DNA of 63,395 bases, filler included, from Choristocarpus tenellus KU-1152 (Eukaryota > Protista > Phaeophyceae): the NCBI GenBank assembly GCA_964200185.2. It is 12 parts of 12 records of this genome, joined end to end, with 100 filler letters (N's around TTAATTAATTAA, not from the genome) between each part and the next. Parts side by side here need not be neighbours in the genome. Positions count along the whole stretch, not along the records: positions 44,525 to 50,007 come from CAXNAD020010642.1; positions 50,108 to 53,157 come from CAXNAD020022677.1; positions 53,258 to 60,697 come from CAXNAD020006160.1; positions 60,798 to 63,395 come from CAXNAD020026405.1; 8 more parts are not named here. One strand, 5' to 3'. A model generated the notes under the pieces. It saw only the letters and a program-made list of their open reading frames with translations, searched no databases and was not told the origin of the DNA. Position 1 is the first letter of the stretch. The number at the start of each line of letters is the position of its first letter. Shown here in pieces: positions 48,846 through 62,885 of the stretch. The position numbers and the translations under genes are program-made.

Positions 48846-49929
48846 AGAACTCGTCAGACAAGGAAGACAGGGAAGGAATATCATTTAATACTAGGCAGTC
48901 AACGTCCATGGGATAAGCTATAGAGACGTCAATTTAGTTGCTGAGGCTCTGTGCGCCGCGCGTGGATCGGCGAGTGGAACGTGAAGGGCGCCACGAACAC
49001 AAAAGTCTCCTAGTCGTTGAGAGGTTCCACTGGAGACGAATTTTATCTGGTGACACTTCAATTTGTGCTTGGCATTTCCTGCAAGAAGATGAGCAAATTG
49101 GGGTGATATTAAGCCTTTTTTTTATTGTCTTGAATACATCAGACTATTCAAATGCATATTGCCCTCGCTAGTTACGAGGTAACACCATCCCCTTACAACA
49201 TACGACAGAATATTGTTTTCTACAATAATAGTTGGGATACTTCTGTTTTTAATTGCCGCAAGAGAGAGTATACTAACGTGAGACCCTCTAAAAAAAACTT
49301 ATGTTGAAAAAACATGTTACTCCAGAGTATTATGTAAACACACATATACGTACGTTGAAATTGCATTTGGTCCTCCCCACGACGGATATACGATCCTCAT
49401 CTAATACCATACATCATATACACATTACGACAGGATATTCTACAGAGTAATCCCCCTCCATCCCTACACCAGCCCTAGATCCACTATCCTATCTTGTATT
49501 CTCTTGTAGCCATGTTTGAATTAATCTTGGTTGGTGCTGACCCGGCATATATCAATAACTTGTGAGAGGAATAATTTGATGTTTCAGTGCTGAAGACAAC
49601 ACCTCGAGCTGTTTAGGAAGATATAGCCATATGAGGACTTCCACTGCATGAACATGAAGGTGGTCCCATTCCGAGCCTTGGACTCTATCCTGTTTATGGA
49701 AGAAGCCCTATGATCAAAGTTCACATGGAAGCATGCGACAAGGCATGGACACCTTGATTAAACAGCTTATACAAGTTTTTTACGTTTGAAATGTGGCTCT
49801 TGTTCTCAGACAGCACACCAACAAGTCACAGTGTATTAAAATCATAATTCTTGCACTTACGCTCCTCTTTTGTCGTGTGTCCTCTTCCGCTGTCTCATTA
49901 AGACCTTCTACTCCAGAGTAGGTTCTACT

Positions 49930-50007
49930 GGCTCAAAGCATCTGGGGGGGGGGGGCTGGGGGGAACCCACCGGGAACCCATTCGAACCCTGCTCAGGAAA
50001 GAGGAAC
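49930..50007. mobile_element. MITE B-type terminus at contig end
   Basis: GGCTCAAAGCATCTGGGGGG followed by a G-run. Confidence 0.65.
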
Positions 50008-51335
50008 NNNNNNNNNNNNNNNNNNNNNNNNNNNNNNNNNNNNNNNNNNNNTTAATTAATTAANNNNNNNNNNNNNNNNNNNNNNNNNNNNNNNNNNNNN
50101 NNNNNNNCTTCTGTTTCTCCACCGCCACCTCCGACACCACGCCCCCCCCCACCACACATCGCACACATCCAGTACAAGATCCACACACAAACGAACTCAC
50201 CTGATTCATAGTTGACTCTGGCTGCACAGCCCATATGGCTGATCCCACCCTCCTATCCCCTACCCACCACTCCTATCACATTTTACCCCCCTTGCCCACC
50301 CCATCACCGTCTCGGGCATGAGGAACCTACATCTCACAGCATATCGGCAAGGTATCTTCCCTGGACTGTTGCAGTGCCCCCCATCACCTCCATCCAGCTC
50401 CACATTCACTGTCCTGCTGGTACCTGGCCTCGGTCGTCATTTGTACTCTACATGTGCTGCGGTGAATACTGGTTGGACTGCAGTGATCTCCCATCAACCG
50501 CACGTCATCAACAGCAAGACACGCATACCTCTGTGAACTCTGGACTCCTTGTACTACCTGGACTTCTCCCCGTATCCTACCACCATCTTACCTCCCGAAT
50601 CTCTCAACCCCTCTACCCTCCTGGTATCACCTACCCTCACCCCTGCCCCACTAACCTCTCCCATTGACTCTACGCCCCCATCAATCAGACCTGTCCCAGC
50701 CTTTCCACATTGCTCCTCTGGTACCACCGCCTTGCCCACCGCAATGACTGTGACCTGCACTGCCTTAAACTCCATCACCCCGCCAACTTTACCCCTCCCA
50801 CAACTGCACACCTACCTCCATGCCCCCCCCCCAGCCAACTACAACACCTGTTCAAGACCACTGCCTACCCCTTCCTACCCTTACCGTTCAACCCTTCTCA
50901 CACCTTACCCTAACCCTTACTCCACTTACCTGAAGCTCCATACAGCCTGCCCACCCACAACCCCATAATCCCACTGATCACAACTCAGACCCAACCAAAC
51001 TTTTTTCCTTCCACAATCAACCGCGCCCGACAACCCTATTCCCTTAACCGTCTACCCGCAACTACCCCATCTCCTCACGTCCAACACCACTCCAACCTTG
51101 TCACCCCAAATACCCTGGCTTCCTTGCTGTACGATCCCATAACTCACTCCACTCCTCCCGAACTCAACCTTCCATTGGCCACCTTCAGGTCCAAATGCCC
51201 AGCTATCCACCACTTCCCCCCACAGCCCCCTCTATGCCTGGAACCACAACCATCCATCACCCTATCTCCCACTCTTGCCACACAATACAGCGTTGCTGAT
51301 CTGTATGAGCACACCATCAGGAAAGCTGTGTTTCC

Positions 51336-51835
51336 TTCGTTCGAGTACGCACACTGTCAGGGACATCGCTACTTACAACATCAGCACCCACTCCGTTCGT
51401 GTACGAAGACTTCATGGACATCACTACTTGCAACCGCAGAGCAGCACTTCGTTCGTATACCCAGACGCCATGCACATCACTACTTACAACCGCAGAGCAG
51501 TACCTACTTAGTTCATGTCGGCTGACGCCTGGACAGCACTACTTACAACCGCAGAGCAGCACATCGTTTGTGTATGCAGAACGTCATGGACATCACTCAC
51601 AACAACCCCAACACTACTTCGTTCGTGTATACAGACGACATGGACATCACGATCTACATCCTCACCACCTGTTCTGTTCGTGTCCCCAGACGACATGAAC
51701 ATCGCTGCCCACAGCTCCACTCTACCTGAGAACTTCTTTTGTTCATGCACGAGAGACGGCCTGGATATTACCACCTACAACTTCAGCGCCTACTTGATCC
51801 CTGTACGCAGATAGCATGGACATCATTGCTCGTAG
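51336..51835. repeat. Degenerate minisatellite, about 55-60-bp unit, about 8-9 copies
   Basis: Recurring GGACATCACTACTTACAAC...TTCGTTCGTGTA..CAGACG.CAT. Confidence 0.85.
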
Positions 51836-51888
51836 TCTATGCATTTTGCTTACATGTACGATGCATTCGATTCAGGTTTCAACACTCC

Positions 51889-52068
51889 TGTGCCTCCAAC
51901 CTAGGTTAGTCATGCACCCCAGGGTGAGGAGCTAGGGAAGCATCCCAAGAATTTAACAAGCCCCTCCTTGCCCATCTCCCTGGTGTCTCCAGCTTAAAAC
52001 GCATGACACGTCTTGATAGAGCTATTTGTGCTGTGACAGACACTATCTGTCATAGACGGGATTTGACA
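51889..52068. mobile_element. LTR family D end
   Basis: CCTCCAACCTAG...GAGGAGCTAGGGAAGCATC...CGGGATTTGACA, homologous to 38570-38747. Confidence 0.7.
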
Positions 52069-53030
52069 GCCCCTTTCCTGCTGTAGCCTCCTGCCCCTCT
52101 CCCCCCTACCGCTTGCACGGCCAACTCATCCAGAAGACTTTCCACACGCTGACCGAGACGCCCAAAACGTTCCACCGTGAAGGTGTTGAGGTGTGCTTTC
52201 ATGCCTTAGCTGCAGCAGCAGCTACACCATTGCTGGTGGATGAGCGTGGTTAGTGGGGTGCTGGTTGGACTCGAAGTATCTTAGAGGGTAGAGCGGCGTC
52301 CATTTGGGGGCCAAAATCCAACATTGCGGCATTGATGTAATTTTGGCTATCGTGTTTGTCATGAAGTGTCAATATCCTTGTTCCGTACACACCTTTTCAT
52401 ATCGTATACATTTACCTACTCCGACACATTTCCAAGTAGGTAAAATGTCATTGAAAAGCCGTAAGAAACCAAGCCCCAAACAAACAGGGCAAAACTCGTA
52501 CTCTCCAAGATACTTTCGCTCTTGCACTTCTGTAAGCACATAACACCTGGAAGGAGGCCTTTGTCCTGGTAGGGAGCTGATCCGGCTTCCGCAAGTGCCC
52601 CAGCATGGAAGACCAGATCCATGCGGAAATTCTGGTCCACTGTGAATGGGCTACCGTCCTCCATAGTGCAAGAAGGGATGCCCATTCCTTTGCAGAGTTG
52701 ATCTAGACTCTTCACTATTGGTGTGTGTTGGCAGACCTGTCCTCCTGCCCTAGGGCAGGTATGTGCATGTCTTGTATCCATATTATGCCTCCTGCACCCA
52801 GCCACTGGGCACCTGTTCGATAGGGCCTCTTCCCTCTCTAGGGATCTGCTGGCAGTGAGTCTAAACTCTATGAAAGGGGTCTGGCATGCTGGTTCCAGGG
52901 GTTGTGTGGAGGCCCATGCATTTGCTCCTTGTCCAAACTGGCTCCGGTGGCGGGCCAGGGATAGCGAGGAATTTTCCTTCCCTTGTTCCATTTGTCAGGT
53001 AAGGCGGTCAATTGCGTCTGGAAAGAGTCG
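52069..53030 (-). mobile_element. CRE-like non-LTR retrotransposon C-terminus (zinc knuckle plus restriction-like endonuclease)
   Basis: LARHRS..GQGANAW...EFR...CP..GC...HAHTC...H...EDGSPF...RMD; after removing the MITE it continues AAAAAKA*K...FTVERFGRLG...LDELA. Confidence 0.78.
52268..52521 (+). mobile_element. MITE family A inserted in the CRE-like element
   Basis: GACTCGAAGTATCTTAGAGGGTA...AAGATACTTTCGCTC; TTG TSD. Confidence 0.9.
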
Positions 53031-53045
53031 AACAGGATCTGTTTA

Positions 53046-53080
53046 GGCTGAAAGTATCTGGGGGGGGGGGGGGGGGGGGA
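53046..53080. mobile_element. MITE B/C-type terminus near contig end
   Basis: GGCTGAAAGTATCTGGGGGG followed by a G-run. Confidence 0.65.
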
Positions 53081-53082
53081 TC

Positions 53083-53121
<39 letters not shown>

Positions 53122-53257
53122 TGGTGGGGGCGGCCGCGTAAAAAAAAAAAAAAAAAANNNNNNNNNNNNNNNNNNNNNNNNNNNNNNNNNNNNNNNNNNN
53201 NTTAATTAATTAANNNNNNNNNNNNNNNNNNNNNNNNNNNNNNNNNNNNNNNNNNNN

Positions 53258-53311
53258 AGGGTATACCTTATACATTATGTTCAAGATAGGTTACCTTCAG
53301 GGTATACCTTC
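53258..53311 (-). mobile_element. LTR end, family of 38225-38513
   Basis: The reverse complement matches TGTGAGAGCCA.ATTCCACAGAA.GTATACCCTGAAGG, and homology stops exactly at the TG terminus. Confidence 0.75.
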
Positions 53312-54825
53312 TGTGGAATGTGGCTCTCACATAATGTTAATAAAATATCTGAAATAATCTTTCAAATTATATTTAAATTATAATTACTAAATGATAGTAG
53401 TAGCAAATTTGGTGAAGTAGAAAGTAAATCTAATATATCTAACAATTGTGGTATCAGTGTTCTTTCATGAGATACTCAACGATAGAAGTCCATGCTCTGT
53501 GGAGAGGCTTGTTACCTTGACTGGCAAGGGTTTCTGTGGATGGCTTTAGCTCTGAATGTATTACATCCAGGTGTGCATCAGGTACACTTATTGCAGAGTG
53601 AGCTTGATGCAGAATGTGTGATCAATGACAACCAAGAAAGAAATAATAGTCAACAATTAACGTACAGTTGTCGTCTTCTGCTGATAAGAAAAAGAGAGAG
53701 AAACAAAAGAAGGACTAAGAACAGAACAGCAGAACTTGAATCAATATGTCATGCAAGTCAAGTGACTCATACTATATGTGTAGAATGCAGAGCTACTGTT
53801 CTGTGCTGCGGTGTTCTGATGGAAATTGATGCGGAGATTATGAACTAGTGACATTAACGACCAGTAACAGCCGATTTCAAAAATTGAGGATGGAGCTTTT
53901 CATTGAGGATGGGCTGTTCAGTGCGTAGCAGACCAATCAACAGTCAGTGTTGACTGGTGGAACTGCATCGTATCAAGGAAAAACAGATGAGTAGCCAATC
54001 TTTTAACACTTTCAACTTTTGTTTTTGAAGTATATTCTTTCGTTGTTCCGTGTAACATTCTTGCTCGTCGTCAAGGTTAGTCTTGTGAGTTTCTACCTGC
54101 TTGGAGGAAAATGTAAAGGAAGAGGACAAGAAGAAAACCTTATTTAAAATGACCGTCGTTGAGCTCCGTGGCATGAATGTCGAGAGACAGAGCTTCTATC
54201 TTATTTATTATACGTGATATATCTCCTTCTCGTGTGTAACCTTTACAGAAGGGTTTGGGTTGTTGGGTGTTGTGGGTTGTGTGCTTCGAGATGTTGTGGA
54301 TGGCGTAGCAAAGAGTCCAAGAAAATGGACTCAAACGCTAATTTAGAGCTCGAAGACCTGTTGTCGACAAAAAAATCTGGGATGTTAAATACGCGAGGTC
54401 ACCCCTAGTACATACACATATATACTTGATATCGGGTTTTGGTCCTAAATGGACGCGTGTACGTCAAAAAGTGAAATCACTGAGAGCCTTCTCGCGCTCA
54501 CACCGCCCACGTGCAAGGAAACCACCTCGAGAAAGAGGTTCACAACACCCTTGGCATGTGTTCGTACGAATATTATTCGAGAAGGTAAGTGTAGTCATAC
54601 ACACATCAAGCACACACCATCCTATCACTCGTATATTCTTACACTCAGAAACATTCTGAAGAGGCTGCCATGTGTGAGAAAGAAGAAACATGAAGTTTAG
54701 AAAACAAAAAAAACAATAGAGTAGTAGTGTCAGAAAAAGAAGCAACACCAGTTGAAGAATGTAATACTCTCATAGTAAAAGCCTATCATATACACCAATT
54801 CATTGAATTCCTTTAATATTCATGC

Positions 54826-55370
54826 TGTGACTGGAACATTGGCAGAGAGTGGGGGAATAAGAGATGAGGGGTGGTTATATAGGATATCGTAACATGCTGG
54901 AACATTGCTGAGGTGTGGGGGGGAGATGAGAAACAAATGCAATAAATCGAATTGAAAATCGTGGTGGTGGTTACATAAGGCAAGGTATGAGGTGTGTTTA
55001 CTTTGTAAGAGGTGAGGAATGATAATAGTGTGTCGTGTTGCTCATGTAATATTGTTGTGTGCAGGGGAAATAAGTGATGGGGAGGATTAAGGTCGTTTGG
55101 AAACTGTTCCTGTGACATTGGTCGAGTGTGGGGTGGGAATATGAGACGCGAGGAGAGATGACAACAGTGTGTTACACATTTCTGGAATACTGTTGGCGAG
55201 AGGTGTGGGCGAAGTAAGAGACGAGGCAATAAAACAGATGTAAATTCGTAGGGGTGACACAAGGCAAGACATCGAGGTGTGGTCACTTCGTAAGAGGTGG
55301 GGACTTGATACTGTGTGTGGTACAATTCATGTAACATTGGTGAAGTGTAAGGGAATTTAACAGATGAGAA
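54826..55370. repeat. Old tandem duplication, period about 280-290 bp
   Basis: Two diverged copies of ACATTGG...GAGGTGTGGG...AAGGCAAG...GTAAGAGGTG...CATGTAA.ATTG. Confidence 0.6.
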
Positions 55371-55973
55371 GTGTGTTCATATATCGTGTCATGTTGTGTT
55401 TGTAATATTGCAAAGTTTTGGTGAGGAATCTGTTGTACATCAAGAAATTGTTGCACGAAGACCGAGTTGGGAAGACTTCATTGCCAAGCGACACCAAGGC
55501 ATGTCGGCACAAGATTTCAGGGAGGAGGTGGAGTGATGAGCGGTGCAATGTCTGAACCCAACGCACAAGAAGCAAGGCAAAGGTGTAGGCAGTGGGTTCA
55601 ATTGGTTGTAGTCCAACAGTTAGCTGCAATGGTAGTTATTTTGTTAAATTCTGCAATGTGTAGAGTCTCTGACCATAGGTCAGGATTATCCCCAACACTA
55701 GTGTGAAGACAAAATATCTCTTACTTTTATTGTGCAGTGTTGTTTGCGGTGAAAGGTAGTGTAATCCTTGTGGTCATGACAACGGTTTGAGGGGTCTCAA
55801 ACCCATGGTCAAGAGAGATAGCGTGAGGAAAAGAAACAGGATCACAGTACTTGAAAGAAAAAATAAACCTATGCTCAAGATCCCATTGCTATTCTTTTTT
55901 CACAGCACTCATAAGAGGATATATTTGATTGAGATCTCAATTGGGACAATGTATGCCTCTACTGCAACCCTGA

Positions 55974-56148
55974 GACCCAATATATCTGGGAGGGGGGTCT
56001 ACCTCAGGGTGTCCATTTGGGTCAAAATCAGGACACGTGCATTAACATTACCCATCCGACATATGCAACCAAACCACACAAAAATCATGACATTAAAAAT
56101 TGACCGCAAATGGACAGCCCCCACCCCCCACCCCAGATACTTTGAGCC
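55974..56148 (+). mobile_element. MITE family B
   Basis: GACCCAATATATCTGGG...CCCCAGATACTTTGAGCC; TGA/TAA flanks. Confidence 0.9.
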
Positions 56149-57177
56149 TAACCTTTGGAAAACAACATTTTAAGAAACTGCAATCCTAAAAATACGTATT
56201 TCCCCATATCTCCCAGATTTCAAGCAAAACAAAATAGCTCTCAAGTATAGTGTAACCATCGAGTATCATGGATGACTAGAACACAGAATAAAGAACCTAA
56301 ATGGCATGTTGAGAACATCTTATGGCACGAGTATCCTCAAGTATACAGTGCGATACGTTTCCCTACCTTTTTGAACCACGGAGTGAACTCCTCATACTAA
56401 TTGATGTAATGGCAATATCAGTCAATAAATGTAAATAAATACTGTACCCTCCTTACTTTTCAGGACATGAATATACAGGTCTACACCCTCTCAGAGTCGG
56501 ATTCACTTCTCCGTGAAATTTGATTTTGACGGACCACACGGTAAATCTAAATGAACGGTAAACCACCCAATCCGTCCTGTCTGTCGTTGAACCACAAAAA
56601 AGAAGGCAGAAGTCCTAAATCAAGGATAATTTTTCCCAGTCTTCTCCTTGTATTGTTCAATATATATATATATATACCAATATACGTTTCTTTCTACATG
56701 GATGTTTGTTCTGGTCCATATCAACTTACGCCAGGTTGAGTTTTTTTGTACACGTGCACCCATGTATGAAAAGAGAAGACCCAAGTTCATTTTTCCAAAT
56801 GACTCGTGCACACTTGTCTTATTATATTGTATTTATTTATTTTTTTCAGGAGGACAACTGTTTTGTTCAACAGTTACTTCAGTGATGGTGTATGGCCAAC
56901 CCCATCCCAGTGTTTATCCATGGTTTAAAATTGACTTTCTTTTCCGAAGTTTATTTATTACTGATTGATTACAACATCTATGTAGTAGTATGCTGTTGAA
57001 TTACATATTCACAAGTATATAATAATCGATGCTGCAGCTATTCCTACCCCGTAGACCCACAGTCTGGTAAGGAGTGATTTTAGTTATGTGAAGTATTTCT
57101 TGTTGTATGATCCAGTACTATTAGTAGTGCCAGCAGTAGTACCAAAAGGAGATTGATTGATCAAACTTCCCACTCAC

Positions 57178-60100
57178 CCTTGTTGCTCAGGCGAGATAGA
57201 GGATAACATGGGAGGACCAGGAGCCTAAGTCTCACGCAGAGATTTGGAAGGAGGTTAAAGAGTAACAACTTTGCTTCATGTGTGCATGGTGCGATCAACA
57301 ACAATTCACGAGCCTCGGGCAAAACATAACCAAACCCCAGTTCTGTGTCCTAGTTATTCAGTCCAATGGCATACCTATCATAGAGGTCTTGATGCTAGTA
57401 TCAAATGCTAGGCTCCCACCCCGTCAGAACACCCAGTACATCACACACCATTACCTTTCCTGTCTCTCTCGGTGCTTGCATTGTCCCCTCTTTCAATGGT
57501 GGTGTTCCGCGACGACAAAGTGTGGACCCTTCTTCAACCCTTCTCCGATCAACTCCTGAGCGTTGTCAAGTCACCTTTTGCGGGCCATCTGAGCCAATGC
57601 ACGAGATGTCTGAGAAATCAATCGGAGGCCCTGATTCTGCAAAGTGGCTATAACAAGACAAGGCAAGTCTTTCCAAATGCCACTCAGGCAGGTACCATGT
57701 ATACTTCCGATTTCAAAACAAAAAAGGCGTTTATCTGTCTGCCTGTCTGCGCGTTCCCGGCACCATGCCTCAACAAGCAATACATGCCCTCGGGTGTAGT
57801 CAGCAACAGGGTTACGGCAATAAATGTTCACGTTCTTGTATTCAAGTGTATAAATTTGTCAAACACATTAAGAAAATCAATTGTGCACGGTAGTAATCTG
57901 AGGAGATACTTTTGGAATCAAAACGGTCACCAACATGTCTAACACGGCGTAAGCAACAAGAAACAGTCCACACGTGTAGTGCACATGAGGAAATAAGATT
58001 ATACACACAAATCCAACAGTCAGATTCAAGCAACGACAAATCGGCAGGCCAATCACCAGGCTAGACTGTACATCTTTATCAGACACTGTGTCAACTTGAG
58101 AAAAACAGGCAACAAAATAGCATATCTAGAAAAGGGACGATATTGGAGCACATGCTGCAGTCTCTCAGCAGTCAGGACTCCATGAAACCCCCAAGGGAAA
58201 GGGCTTGAGAAACTTGCACCCCTCCCAAATACCAATGTCGCAGCAGTCTCCCTCCCTGACGCATTCAGTCATGTCAAAAATTCTAGACTATGTACTGTAC
58301 GATACATGAGGTTAGGCTATTACTCTCCACGCCTCCTCTTTCGCCCACTTCCACTCAGCCATCCGAGCCATCCTCCACCTTTTCTCACTTCTCCCTCATC
58401 CCCCTCCTCATCAGTCTCTAAGCCTTCCTCCCCCTCATCCCCAAGACCCCGCCGGCCTCTCTCACCATCACCCACATTCCGCCTTGCCCCACCATTGTCC
58501 TCTTCACTGCTGGAGTCCCCACCAGACATACCATACCTCGATCGGCTAGGTCGTGACTCCTCTCTTGCACCCCTATCCCATTCCAGCCTCCCCAGGCTGC
58601 CATCACCTGCTGCAAGGGATCGCTTCAAGGTAGCAATCTGGTGGTCCTTTGCCTGAAGAAGGCTATATGCCTAAAAAATAGTCATTCCATCACCAAGGGC
58701 ACATAAACCAACACACACAAGAGCGAGGAAGGAAAGGTAGATAACAGAGTTAGGATAGGTTTTTCTCATCCCAGAAACAAGAGCCTCTCAACTCAGACAT
58801 GTATAGCGAGAGACTGTCTGATGATGATTAAGAGCAGTACTCAGTCTATGTGCAAGAATAGGCATGCGAAGGAACAAGAACTCTCCTGGTAGAAGGCCCA
58901 TAGCAAAAATGGGATCGAGCCTGGAGATACTCTTACGTCACCAACTAGGTACGAGTGGATATCACTTTATTGGTAGGGTTAAACTGTTGTAGCAGGGTGA
59001 GTGAGTTGCCACCTTTTATCTGTGCATGGTTTCAACCAATACAGTAGATACTACAGAATTATCTTACTCTTTACAAGAGTACATGGCGAATACCTCATTC
59101 CAAAACAATCACAATGTTGTCAAGGGTTGTACCTGCTCAGCAGTTTCAAGGGCCTCTTTCTCAGCTCGCATCAACTCTTTCCGCTCAGATGACCCCTCCC
59201 AAGCAACAGATGAGATTTGCCCCTATGGGCATTGGATTGAGGCAGAGGTTTCAACAGTACATGGATTACATTACACAGAACTGTGGGGAGGGAAGAGATT
59301 TGTGATGCTCAGGGGGAGATAGCATTACTCCTCACTCCTAAAAATTGTGCTTGCTTCAGAGGTCAATGTGCCTCAGGTCACAACACCAAGGTTGGGTAGG
59401 AAAACTGGTTGGGGACTTTATCCCACGAGTGCTTCACAATAAATGAAGGCACGTAGAGCTGGGAATCATACACGAGTAAGAACTCCATTCCAATTGACAT
59501 GCCCGCACTCAATGTCAGACTGCTTAGAGAGATGCCCAGCTGTGGCCTTAAGTGAAAGCTTGTTATCATGTACTACAAAATTGAAGAGAAATTTTTCTTG
59601 CCAATCCCTTGTGATTAGCCCTGCTGAGCATCCCGTAGCTGAAACTGAAGTATGCCTGACGTGAGAGTTTGGCTTTGGATGTAGGGGTGGGATCCATAAA
59701 AGCGGGGGAGGCGATGAGTTCAACAGGAAACCAATATTAAGCCCTGCACCTTCTGCTCTTCTAGCTCTCGTTGCATCCTTGATATCTCGTCCTGGGTAGA
59801 AAGCCAATCTCTCCTTACTTGCCCGAGCTTTCGCCTGGTAGGTAGATACAGAGAACGAGGTTGGGTTGTGGATCAGTTCTAAAATAGGGAAAACACAGGA
59901 AGTAAGATCAAAACTCCCGATAACGGGGCAAGGATCAGCTAAGTGCGAACAGGGAATCCTTCAAATAATTTTGGACATCATATGGCAACTACTGTTCCTG
60001 TATTCGTCCTCACGTCGAATTGTCCAGTTCATGTTGAAGGCCCAACTCCCTTTGCTCACTCTCCTGCAGCATCGTCTTGAGCTTATGTAATTCCTCGCGT

Positions 60101-60517
60101 GCGGCACATAACTCGTTGTTGAGCCTGTGAGTAAGGATCAACGCCAAGCGTGGGAGCTAAATTGTATCGGAAATTTCAACGGGTACAATAGTCCACAGTC
60201 TGAAGAAAACAATCGAATCCCTCAGTGTTGCAGAATGATGGTAAATAGGTCATGGCAGACAGAAAACAGAAAATTTTCAGCGCGGATTCCACACACGACC
60301 ACTCCCTGCTCGCCTGTTAACCCTTATCCCACCTTGATACCTGTCGCTCGGTGTCCTTCAGTGAACCTGAAAGCTTTTTGATCGTTTGGCGCTGTTCAGA
60401 TATCTCAAGTGCTGCCCCGACCATTTCATCTTCGATTGCGTTGGATTTCTCACCACCACCGAGTGGAGTTGACAACAAAAAGGACTGCTGCATCCTTATC
60501 GTCTCTTCCTGGAACAT
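57178..60517 (-). CDS. Multi-exon coiled-coil protein of unknown function (partial)
   Basis: Phase-compatible exons 60517-60333, 60124-60014 and 59834-59750 give ISEQRQTIKKL...LNNELCAAREELHKLKTMLQESEQRELGLQHELDNSTRKLGQVRRDWLSTQDEISRMQRELEEQK. Further likely exons near 59130-59230, 58390-58652 (acidic/Gly-rich) and 57178-57224 are less certain. Confidence 0.65.
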
Positions 60518-62097
60518 CTATTTAGAAGGACAAGAACTAACACAGACGAACCAATTTGGTATTGAGTTTCAACATTGTTAACGCCATACCAGTTATACAA
60601 GAACCTGCACAAGTTTTGACCCTCATGTGAATCGTGTGATTCTGTGCCGGCGTGGTTCACTCAGGCAAGGGTGGCGAAGAGAATCACCGGGCAAGACNNN
60701 NNNNNNNNNNNNNNNNNNNNNNNNNNNNNNNNNNNNNNNNNTTAATTAATTAANNNNNNNNNNNNNNNNNNNNNNNNNNNNNNNNNNNNNNNNNNNNTTC
60801 GGGTTTCTGGGGGAGATGGCGTTCGGGCGGGTGCTGTTCCGTGCTGGGTTTTTTAAGGGGGGGGGGGGGGGGATGTGGGAAGAAGGGTGGTGTGCAAGGG
60901 ATGCACATGTTGTGAGTCAAGTGTTACTTCATTTTGTTCATTGGTTGTGGTTTTGGGTGCTTCCTTGTGGCAAGAGGTGAACTTTGGATTAAAGGTGTCT
61001 TTCAGTAGAGGGGGGGACCGGAGACATGGTAGGGTTGACATGAAAGTGTTTTGCTATCCACATGAAGAAAGGGCCTAGTGCAAGGTCATCTTTTATGTAT
61101 TGAATGGTGACTTTGATTTTCCTCCTGCAGATTTTTCTGTTAGGGACACTGAGTATAAAGAAATTTCTCTGTATGGAGTTACGTATTTCGATTGCAGATA
61201 CCTGGTCATCGTACCCTCAAGAAGAGAAGTACACCTTGAAATATGTCAGCCTGAGGATGGAAACCCCTCCTCTTCAACAGACGCTTATCACAGCATCATC
61301 TTGTTTGGGCATTACTCTTTGCCCCGATTTTTTTTTTTACCAGGCGGAGGTTTGGTAAGGGCTGATTTATGGTTATTTTAACTAACACGGTACTTGAGGT
61401 GGGCTGCTCGAACACCCTTCCAGCACATGAATCTATGTTTTTAATAGTGAGAGGTAAACTCTGAGAGCATCCAGGTATAAATGTATACGATATGCATGCT
61501 CTGAGCTAAAGTAAGCGAGAGACACCCAGGTTTGACCGTTTTTCATTTTAAGGTATTTTATAGTACCTCTCAATTCACACATATTTTTATTTTCTACGGA
61601 TGAGGTGCCAAGTTTTTGACTAGAGACCGTTGACTTCTATATTGTATGATGATTTCCAATACAAATTAGAATATTTTTCTTTACACACTACTTGTAAACA
61701 AAAGCCTGGCTTTTGACATTTTGTTACCATCCTAAGAAAATCATATCTGCATGCTTCTCGTTTACCTTGCCTCGTTGCTGTATTCAGCATTGTTAGGCTC
61801 TCATCCGGTTATAGAACCTTTTTGGTATGGTGCTTAAATATTTGAGAAAGAAATGAATGATGAGAGGGTGTGGTCTTGCACAGGTACGAACATTTTTAAA
61901 CTTATCGCAAAATATATGTGTACTCTAGAGAGAATTTTCTCTTCAATCGTTGTGCATGAAGGGGGCACTACCTGTGAGAGTCTTTGTATCCTTAGTTGTT
62001 CTTGTAGAGTCTAATCTTAGGAACAGTAGTTACTATAAAAATTGGAATTGGGTCAATAAAATCAGCCACCCATCTGTCCTATTGCAGCCTCATGCGG

Positions 62098-62498
62098 AAA
62101 CATCCTCGGGTACTTTCTCCTGGTACTTTCTCCTGCAGGTCCTTAGCAATATCATGTTGCGTCTTTACAATCAACAAACTCTCCCTAGTACATCACTACT
62201 ACAAGTCACTGGAATACAGATGCTACTCAGTATCTACTGTCCTATTGTATTCTCGTGTGAAAACATTCTTGGGTGCTTTCTCCTCCAGATCCTTAGCAAT
62301 ACCATGTTGCATCTCCCACAATCCATGAAATCTTCCTAGCACATCATTACAACTCACTGGAGTACAGCAATTATAGTGGGGGCTGTTACTTCCTACCTAT
62401 TCTATCACAATCTCCACAAACACATTCTCGGGTACGTTCTCCTGCAGGTCCTTATCAATACCATGTTGCGTCTCCCACAATCCACCAAATATCCCTAA
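62098..62498. repeat. Tandem repeat, about 160-bp unit, about 2.5 copies
   Basis: CTCCTGCAGGTCCTTAGCAATA.CATGTTGC.TCT..ACAATC occurs three times. Confidence 0.85.
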
Positions 62499-62885
62499 TG
62501 AAACGCCTAAAGTGAATCTTTGGAAAAGAGTAGCACTAATAAATCGACTCCCTTACAATGACATCCCATACACACAAAAAAAAACTCTCCCTCGAGTATA
62601 AGCATGTATGTACCTTGTAGACTTCCAAAAAAATAATAAATGAAAGATTTCGGTTTGGAGTACATTCTTAATGTTGGTACTGTTACAAATATTTTATTAT
62701 AAAACCTTCTGATTTTTTCCAGATGTATCGTGGGAAAAAACAATGAAAACTATTCACATGTCAAAAAAATCCCTAAAAAAGTAACAGTTGTCATAAATAC
62801 GAGAAATGTAAATCTATTTACTATTTTACTACCAGGTATGTTGTACCTCCAACCTAGCTATTCCTGCACCCAAAGGGTAAGGAGC

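Noticed and set aside
50108-51290. Pro/Thr-rich ORFs
   Set aside because: By-product of C-rich low-complexity sequence; no consistent frame or splice support.
51355-51360. TGTCAG as the left end of a 714-bp LTR
   Set aside because: It is part of a minisatellite unit and there is no TSD.
51336-51835. CRISPR array (also considered for 4351-4868)
   Set aside because: Repeats are degenerate, the spacers are homologous to one another, there are no cas genes, and the context is eukaryotic.
52069-52078. Polypurine tract next to the LTR D end
   Set aside because: The purines are explained as codons of the CRE-like ORF (SRKG).
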